Source: a virus (Duplodnaviria; Heunggongvirae; Uroviricota; Caudoviricetes). Taken from it: a DNA stretch of 33,888 bases. Each line of letters begins with the position of its first letter. Position 1 is the stretch's first letter. The stretch lies in the IMG/VR virus record IMGVR_UViG_2585427782_000001; one strand, 5' to 3'. A program made the translations under genes and the position numbers. Of this stretch, positions 28,649-33,888 are shown piece by piece. The notes beneath the pieces are model-generated. The model was not told the origin of the DNA and did no database searches. It worked only from the letters and a program-made list of their open reading frames with translations.

Positions 28649-29188
28649 TCATATTGCCCCCAGCATGGTGGTCACCATCGCCATTAATGGACCAGCCAGA
28701 TCCGGGTCCACACGAAACATCGACACAATACCTTCACTCATTTCCTTCAGTTTCTGGTGGCGTGGTGCGTTGAGAATGACAGCCTGTTTTGCCTCACTGA
28801 GTTCCTTTTCCATTTCAGCCAACCGAGTCATGAAGCTATCCTGCTCAACCAGGTAACCGCGATATTCCAGCGGTAGTACCGCCAGAATTGCCGGGGTCAG
28901 TTCACGCACGTTATTTCGGTATTTTTCAGAATCGAATTTGTTATCGAGGAAGCGGAACAGCTTCTGGCGTGCACGGCTGACATCATCAGGGAAATCGATG
29001 GTGCCGTCGCCCTGCTCCCGATACTCATTCACAATGAGTGCGGCAACGACATCCTGATTATCTACAGCCGACCAGGCGCGGACGGCATCACGGATTTTTT
29101 CGTGGCCTGGCACCTGTTTTGTTTGAGAACGATTTATCACCGCAGTCGGGCTAAATCCGCTAGTCTGTTGGTATGTAAGTGGTTGCAT
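28649..29188 (-). CDS. YdaT-like protein at the cII position
   Basis: 179-aa ORF between cro and O with RBS AAAGGAG; segment ..LTPAILAVLPLEYRGYL.. resembles my recollection of Rac YdaT; not lambda cII. Confidence 0.45.
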   Translation of the reverse strand: MQPLTYQQTSGFSPTAVINRSQTKQVPGHEKIRDAVRAWSAVDNQDVVAALIVNEYREQGDGTIDFPDDVSRARQKLFRFLDNKFDSEKYRNNVRELTPAILAVLPLEYRGYLVEQDSFMTRLAEMEKELSEAKQAVILNAPRHQKLKEMSEGIVSMFRVDPDLAGPLMAMVTTMLGAI

Positions 29189-29231
29189 AATTGACTCCTT
29201 TAGTTTGAATTGACTGTTAAGTTGATTGCTT

Positions 29232-29245
29232 ATTGTTAAAGAGCG
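29232..29245 (-). promoter_or_regulatory. boxA-like element (rrn-type) in the pR transcript downstream of cro
   Basis: Minus strand reads CGCTCTTTAACAAT, matching the recalled boxA consensus (lambda CGCTCTTA, rrn GCTCTTTAACAAT). Confidence 0.5.
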
Positions 29246-29257
29246 TGAAATGGAAAT

Positions 29258-29488
29258 TTAAGCTGCGTTCTTTTCGGTGTGTGGAAACAACTTCGGAAGA
29301 TCCGGGCGAATCTGGTATGCCTTCACTACTCCACCAGTAGCCGTAACAATGCTGCCGACATGTTCAGGGGATACCTTTGCTTTGTTGTGAAGCCACTTAT
29401 AGACGGCCTGCTGTGAAACTTCGCAAGCAGCGCCCAGTTTCTTTTGTGAACCAACGATATTGATCGCTGTTTTGATAGCTGGGTTCAT
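29258..29488 (-). CDS. Cro-like repressor (small HTH protein)
   Basis: 76-aa ORF divergent from cI with GGAGG RBS; ..QKKLGAACEVSQQAVYKW.. is helix-turn-helix-like. Confidence 0.65.
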   Translation of the reverse strand: MNPAIKTAINIVGSQKKLGAACEVSQQAVYKWLHNKAKVSPEHVGSIVTATGGVVKAYQIRPDLPKLFPHTEKNAA

Positions 29489-29592
29489 AACAACCTCCGT
29501 GGTTAATTTGAATCAAAATTAAAACTATGGTTGTTTTTAGTCAACAACTATTTTCGTTTGATGGAATAAAACCTTGGTTGTACATTTGGACT
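29489..29592. promoter_or_regulatory. divergent pR / pRM-like promoter and operator region
   Basis: Minus strand: TTGACT-17-TAATTT then GGAGG and the cro ATG. Plus strand: TTGATG-17-TACATT ending 6 nt before the cI ATG (leaderless-like). Palindromes ttaatttgaatcaaaattaa (29503-29522) and GTTGTT-N7-AACAAC (29530-29548). Confidence 0.55.
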
Positions 29593-30282
29593 ATGAAAAC
29601 AACACTCTCAGAAAGACTTAAAGAAGCCAGATTAGCGCGAGGCCTTACACAAAAGGCGCTTGGGGATTTGGTCGGGGTTAGCCAGGCTGCTATTCAGAAA
29701 ATCGAAACAGGGAAAGCTAATCAAACAACTAAAATCGTGGAGATCGCGAACGCTTTGGGTGTGCGCGCAGAATGGTTATCTTCTGGCGTTGGAAATATGT
29801 CAGACAGTACAGTGCAACCAATACAATCAACTGTCAGCCATTCCAAATACTTTAAGATTGACGTTCTTGATATAGAAGTGAGTGCCGGGCCGGGAGTCAT
29901 CAACCGTGAGTTTGTAGAAGTTCTACGCTCGGTTGAGTACTCGTTTGACGATGCTCGTCACATGTTCGATGGTAGGAAGGCAGAAAATATCCGCATCATT
30001 AACGTACGCGGTGACAGCATGTCAGGAACGATCGAACCAGGTGACCTTTTGTTCGTTGATATCACTGTTAAATCTTTCGACGGTGATGGTATCTATGCGT
30101 TTCTGTACGACGACACAGCCCATGTAAAGCGCCTGCAAATGATGAAGGATAAGCTGCTCGTTATCTCTGATAACAAGAGTTACTCACCGTGGGACCCGAT
30201 CGAGAAAGACGAGATGAACCGGGTATTCATTTTCGGGAAAGTCATCGGGAGCATGCCGCAGACGTACAGGAAGCATGGGTAA
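29593..30282 (+). CDS. CI-type repressor (HTH plus LexA-like S24 peptidase domain)
   Basis: MKTTLSERLKEARLARGLTQKALGDLVGVSQAAIQKIETGK (HTH) and ..VRGDSMSGTIEPGDLLFVD..HVKRL.. (Ser/Lys dyad region); start set at the internal ATG at 29593. Confidence 0.9.
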   Translation: MKTTLSERLKEARLARGLTQKALGDLVGVSQAAIQKIETGKANQTTKIVEIANALGVRAEWLSSGVGNMSDSTVQPIQSTVSHSKYFKIDVLDIEVSAGPGVINREFVEVLRSVEYSFDDARHMFDGRKAENIRIINVRGDSMSGTIEPGDLLFVDITVKSFDGDGIYAFLYDDTAHVKRLQMMKDKLLVISDNKSYSPWDPIEKDEMNRVFIFGKVIGSMPQTYRKHG

Positions 30283-30330
30283 ACATGGAACTTATGAAAC
30301 TTTAAATTAATTAAATATTGAGTTTATATA

Positions 30331-30747
30331 ATGCAACATAATATTCATAGTGATTATTTCAAGTGGTGGTGCGGAACAGTAATCATTGGAGCAATCCCTA
30401 TCTTTATTAGATTTATTGCTTATTTCATCACTAATAAAAACATAGAGCTGATCAATATAACTGAGTTGATATGTTTTGGCTTTGCCATACAAATATCCAG
30501 TATTTATTACGGAATGGGCCAACCCAGCAAGCAAACTGAAAACAATATTATTATAAACACTACCATATCGATTGTTTTCATTGTACTTTTTTCTATAATT
30601 TACATTATTGTTATGCTGGCTGATAACATCCTTAACATGAATACGACTCGCATATTAGTCGCTATTACTTGTGGTATATCCTTATACATTGGACAAAATT
30701 CAGTCAGGTGTGCTATTATCAATAACAAAGTAGTGGCGCAGGAGTAA
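30331..30747 (+). CDS. multi-helix membrane protein in the rexAB position (candidate exclusion/defence component)
   Basis: 138-aa ORF with 3-4 hydrophobic stretches (WWCGTVIIGAIPIFIRFIAYFI, ELICFGFAIQISSIYYGM, IIINTTISIVFIVLFSIIYIIVMLA, TRILVAITCGISLYIG); visibly AT-rich; directly downstream of cI on the same strand. Confidence 0.5.
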   Translation: MQHNIHSDYFKWWCGTVIIGAIPIFIRFIAYFITNKNIELINITELICFGFAIQISSIYYGMGQPSKQTENNIIINTTISIVFIVLFSIIYIIVMLADNILNMNTTRILVAITCGISLYIGQNSVRCAIINNKVVAQE

Positions 30748-30750
30748 ATT

Positions 30751-30927
30751 ATGGAGTACTTAATTACTATTTTATCCATAATAGCTGTTGTGATACCTGC
30801 TGTATTGGCATGGTTTTCAAGAAAAAACCTCAAAAATGCACAGGAAACTTTAATGCACATAGAAAGGGTCAGAAAGTCAAATAGCGATGACTTTGAAAGA
30901 AAGAAAGAACAACTTAAATATCACTAA
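30751..30927 (+). CDS. small single-helix protein (58 aa), translationally coupled
   Basis: GGAG overlaps the stop of the upstream gene, 6 nt before the ATG; MEYLITILSIIAVVIPAVLAWFSRKNLKNAQETLMHIERVRKSNSDDFERKKEQLKYH; below the ORF-track size cutoff. Confidence 0.35.
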   Translation: MEYLITILSIIAVVIPAVLAWFSRKNLKNAQETLMHIERVRKSNSDDFERKKEQLKYH

Positions 30928-30937
30928 TGGAATTGGT

Positions 30938-31837
30938 ATGCAGTTAAAAAATATCATTTATATTGATTATGAGAAGGTCTACTCTTTAAGCTCTCAATTA
31001 TTTGAGGGCGTAATTCAATCCGCGATGGAGCATAAAGAGTCTACTCTTTCAAATATAGATGCAGTCGAAATAAAGACAAAAAGTAGTTCAAGTAAAACGA
31101 GTGACACAAAAAAAATATCAACAGTGTTAAACCCTCATGATTATCATTATCTGAAATTTGAAAACGAACTTAGCAAAAGAGGAATTCTGTCTAACATAAC
31201 TTCCCCGATCGACTCGAACAAAATTAAGGCTAATTGCTTTGTTAAAATCACCTGCCCAATTCAATTTAATGACTATAATAAATTAAAAAATACCGCTAAG
31301 AATTTCTGTAAAACTAACTATGCTATTAATTTCGTTCATCGAAATGACGAATTAGAAAGTCTAGAATCGATGCTGAAATCGATAAAACCCAAATCCAATG
31401 AATTTAATATTATCAAGGCAAGACAAGCAGAAATTAAAAGTGAGCTTGATAATTTAACATCTCCAAATCAGAAAAAATTCTTTGAGCATTTGTCTTCTGT
31501 TTTAGATTACGCATATGGTGACGAAATAGAAATATCACAAAAAATGCAAGATATTAAATTCACCTCATTCTTAATCAGAGATTTTCTTAAAATCAGTCCA
31601 GAAATGTTTGTAAAGTTATATTCTCGTCGAACGACCTCTGCATTCACAGTCGTAGGGATGATAACGCGTACATCAACGTCTGAAGGTAATCAGGAATCAG
31701 AGGCTCGTGAACTAAACGGCATTCGCAGTGCAGTCTGGAATATGAATGACAGCCTTTTTGATCTGGAGTCAACATTTTGCGCCCCTGACTCTGATGAGTA
31801 TTTCATTGAGCCTATTGCTGTTTACAATGAGCTATAA
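30938..31837 (+). CDS. hypothetical soluble protein (~300 aa), third gene of the cI-downstream operon
   Basis: AT-rich, Lys/Asn/Ser-rich ORF with no nucleotide-binding or nuclease motif recognisable by eye; start could instead be the ATG at 30887 (316 aa); followed by a terminator. Confidence 0.5.
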   Translation: MQLKNIIYIDYEKVYSLSSQLFEGVIQSAMEHKESTLSNIDAVEIKTKSSSSKTSDTKKISTVLNPHDYHYLKFENELSKRGILSNITSPIDSNKIKANCFVKITCPIQFNDYNKLKNTAKNFCKTNYAINFVHRNDELESLESMLKSIKPKSNEFNIIKARQAEIKSELDNLTSPNQKKFFEHLSSVLDYAYGDEIEISQKMQDIKFTSFLIRDFLKISPEMFVKLYSRRTTSAFTVVGMITRTSTSEGNQESEARELNGIRSAVWNMNDSLFDLESTFCAPDSDEYFIEPIAVYNEL

Positions 31838-31843
31838 AAACAA

Positions 31844-31870
31844 CCCGGCCACCGTGCCGGGTTTTCTTTT
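31844..31870 (+). terminator. intrinsic terminator closing the cI-distal operon
   Basis: CCCGGC-caccgt-GCCGGG followed by TTTTCTTTT. Confidence 0.6.
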
Positions 31871-31998
31871 GCCCCTCCCCTCATCACACACACCGTTCAA
31901 AAAACCACCACAACCTCGCTTCAGTTATCGCTATGCGATGCAAGTCACAAAATAAATCCATCCTAAATACAACCAGTTATTTCTAAAATAACCAACAA

Positions 31999-32041
31999 AA
32001 CAACTTTTGTTGTTGACGATAAAACAACTATAGTTTTAAAT
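31999..32041 (+). promoter_or_regulatory. pL-like promoter with overlapping palindromic operator candidates
   Basis: Perfect palindrome aacaacttttgttgtt (31999-32014) overlaps -35 TTGACG (32013-32018); 17-nt spacer; -10 TTAAAT (32036-32041); second palindrome aactatagtt (32026-32035) sits in the spacer. Confidence 0.4.
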
Positions 32042-32147
32042 GAATTCATCGCAACAACACAACGATACGGCAATCACCTGATTCACCGTTGCGATGACCG
32101 CTTAGATCCGCAGCTTGAATTTCAGCAGGCTCCGGGGAGTGCGAGGG

Positions 32148-32525
32148 GTGAAGCGGACGCGTGAACGTCGGTGTGACCAGCTGAAATCAACTCAACACTT
32201 CATACCTCAGTCGCTTCAACGAGGCGGCTTAGTTATGACAACCGGCGGCCATCCACCGCCTGAATACGCGCAGAAGTCTATATATGTTCAGCAGCCCAGC
32301 TTACGGGCAGGAGTTTTTATGGTTCATCAACATTACGGAACGCAGACCGTTAATCGCGGTGCGGTCATGCCAGGAATGCTGGTCAAACACAAAGATGGTA
32401 CCTGGACTGCATCAGCTAATTTACGCGGACGGCTATATCTGCATCGCGGCATCGAGCGCACTTATACCCGTGATTTGCTCGTGGAAGTTTTTCTCGACGG
32501 ACGCGGCAACGGCCTGAATCACTAA
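32148..32525 (+). CDS. candidate N-like antiterminator with Arg-rich N-terminus
   Basis: The ORF-track start at 32115 is a TTG. A GTG at 32148 with GGGGAG 8 nt upstream gives an N-terminus KRTRERRCDQLK, reminiscent of the lambda N arginine-rich motif (QTRRRERRAEKQ). Alternative ATG start at 32235. Confidence 0.3.
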   Translation: MKRTRERRCDQLKSTQHFIPQSLQRGGLVMTTGGHPPPEYAQKSIYVQQPSLRAGVFMVHQHYGTQTVNRGAVMPGMLVKHKDGTWTASANLRGRLYLHRGIERTYTRDLLVEVFLDGRGNGLNH

Positions 32526-32600
32526 TCCCCTTTCCTGTTTTCCTAATCAGCCTGGCATTTCGCGGGCGATATTTTCACAGCCATTTTCAGGAGTTCAGCC

Positions 32601-32897
32601 ATGAACGCTTATTACATTCAGGATCGTCTTGAGGCTCAGAGCTGGGCGCGTCACTACCAGCAGATCGCCCGTGAAGAGAAAGAGGCAGAACTGGCAGACG
32701 ACATGGAAAAAGGCCTGCCTCAGCACCTGTTTGAATCGCTATGCATCGATCATTTGCAACGCCACGGGGCCAGCAAAAAAGCCATTACCCGTGCGTTTGA
32801 TGACGATGTTGAGTTTCAGGAACGCATGGCAGAACACATCCGGTACATGGTTGAAACTATTGCCCACCACCAGGTTGATATTGATTCAGAGGTATAA
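32601..32897 (+). CDS. gam: Gam (RecBCD inhibitor), short form only
   Basis: 98-aa product [60 protein letters not shown].. near-identical to recalled lambda GamS; AGGAG 8 nt upstream; an in-frame stop 13 codons upstream excludes the long form. Confidence 0.93.
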   Translation: MNAYYIQDRLEAQSWARHYQQIAREEKEAELADDMEKGLPQHLFESLCIDHLQRHGASKKAITRAFDDDVEFQERMAEHIRYMVETIAHHQVDIDSEV

Positions 32898-32902
32898 AAC
32901 GG

Positions 32903-33688
32903 ATGAGTACAGCACTCGCAACGCTGGCAGGGAAGCTGGCTGAACGTGTCGGCATGGATTCTGTCGACCCACAGGAACTGATCACCTCTCTTCGCCAGAC
33001 GGCATTTAAAGGTGATGCCAGCGATGCGCAGTTCATCGCATTGTTGATCGTCGCCAACCAGTACGGCCTTAATCCGTGGACGAAAGAAATTTACGCCTTC
33101 CCTGACAAGCAGAACGGCATCGTTCCGGTGGTGGGCGTTGATGGCTGGTCCCGCATCATCAATGAAAACCAGCAGTTTGATGGCATGGACTTTGAGCAGG
33201 ACAATGAATCCTGCACATGCCGGATTTACCGCAAGGACCGTAATCATCCGATCTGCGTTACCGAGTGGATGGATGAATGCCGCCGCGAACCATTCAAAAC
33301 CCGCGAAGGCAGAGAAATCACCGGACCGTGGCAGTCGCATCCCAAACGGATGTTACGGCATAAAGCCATGATTCAGTGTGCCCGTCTGGCCTTCGGATTT
33401 GCGGGTATCTATGACAAGGATGAAGCCGAGCGCATTGTCGAAAATACTGCATACACTGCAGAACGTCAGCCGGAACGCGACATCACTCCGGTTAACGATG
33501 AAACCATGCAGGAGATTAACACTCTGCTGATCGCCCTGGATAAAACATGGGATGACGACTTATTGCCGCTCTGTTCCCAGATATTTCGCCGCGACATTCG
33601 CGCATCGTCAGAACTGACACAGGCCGAAGCAGTGAAAGCTCTTGGATTCCTGAAACAGAAAGCCACTGAGCAGAAGGTGGCAGCATGA
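32903..33688 (+). CDS. bet: Bet (Red-beta single-strand annealing protein)
   Basis: 261-aa product [85 protein letters not shown].. matches recalled lambda Bet. Confidence 0.95.
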   Translation: MSTALATLAGKLAERVGMDSVDPQELITSLRQTAFKGDASDAQFIALLIVANQYGLNPWTKEIYAFPDKQNGIVPVVGVDGWSRIINENQQFDGMDFEQDNESCTCRIYRKDRNHPICVTEWMDECRREPFKTREGREITGPWQSHPKRMLRHKAMIQCARLAFGFAGIYDKDEAERIVENTAYTAERQPERDITPVNDETMQEINTLLIALDKTWDDDLLPLCSQIFRRDIRASSELTQAEAVKALGFLKQKATEQKVAA

Positions 33689-33888
33689 CACCGGACATTA
33701 TCCTGCAGCGTACCGGGATCGACGTGAGAGCTGTCGAACAGGGGGATCATGCATGGCACAAATTACGGCTCGGCGTCATCACCGCTTCAGAAGTTCACAA
33801 CGTGATAGCAAAGCCCCGATCAGGAAAGAAGTGGCCTGACATGAAAATGTCCTACTTCCACACCCTGCTGGCTGAGGTTTGCACCGGT
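33685..33888 (+). CDS. exo: Exo (Red-alpha exonuclease), 5' part, truncated by the window end
   Basis: [65 protein letters not shown].. matches recalled lambda Exo; ATGA overlap with the bet stop. Confidence 0.93.
   Translation, partial: MTPDIILQRTGIDVRAVEQGDHAWHKLRLGVITASEVHNVIAKPRSGKKWPDMKMSYFHTLLAEVCTG

Noticed and set aside
30887-30937. Upstream ATG start for the ~300-aa protein (would give 316 aa)
   Set aside because: It overlaps the 58-aa ORF by 41 nt and has no RBS; the ATG at 30938 after the small ORF's stop is preferred, but this remains open.
32629-32943. 104-aa plus-strand ORF in an alternative frame
   Set aside because: Overlaps gam in another frame; gam is the confident call.
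32816-33340. 174-aa minus-strand ORF
   Set aside because: Antisense inside bet, which is a confident lambda match.
1-33888. CRISPR arrays, integrase, attachment sites
   Set aside because: No regularly spaced direct repeats with unique spacers and no tyrosine or serine recombinase ORF anywhere in the window; the prophage ends lie outside it.

Overview
This window is the interior of a mosaic lambdoid prophage, drawn with the early-right and late operons on the minus strand and the cI/pL side on the plus strand. Reading left to right: an invertible-looking tail-fibre segment (1-1823), a Mu-like contractile-tail module (baseplate, tape measure with frameshifted chaperone, tube, sheath; 1827-10983), HK97-like head genes and terminase with HNH endonuclease (11146-19150), bor, a lambda-type lysis cassette (Rz/Rz1, R, holin), the late regulatory region and a Q-like antiterminator, a DLP12-like nin region (ylcG, rusA, ybcO, ninE, ybcN), an AT-rich inserted module flanked by ~120-bp direct repeats (23676-26181), lambda P and an O gene carrying ori iterons, a ydaT-like gene at the cII position, cro, divergent operator region, cI, an AT-rich three-gene operon at the position lambda gives to rexAB (30331-31837), a pL-like region with an Arg-rich N-like ORF, and lambda gam, bet and the start of exo. 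The strongest candidate for an undescribed system is the AT-rich cI-downstream operon (multi-helix membrane protein, small one-helix protein, ~300-aa soluble protein); the second is the repeat-flanked nin-region module (HEPN-like motif protein, small protein, Bro-N protein, plus a promoter-terminator mini-unit). All identifications are from reading the sequence and from recalled lambda/Mu/HK97/DLP12 protein sequences; no database search, alignment, GC calculation or structure prediction was run. No integrase, att site, tRNA, CRISPR array or toxin cargo was seen in the window.
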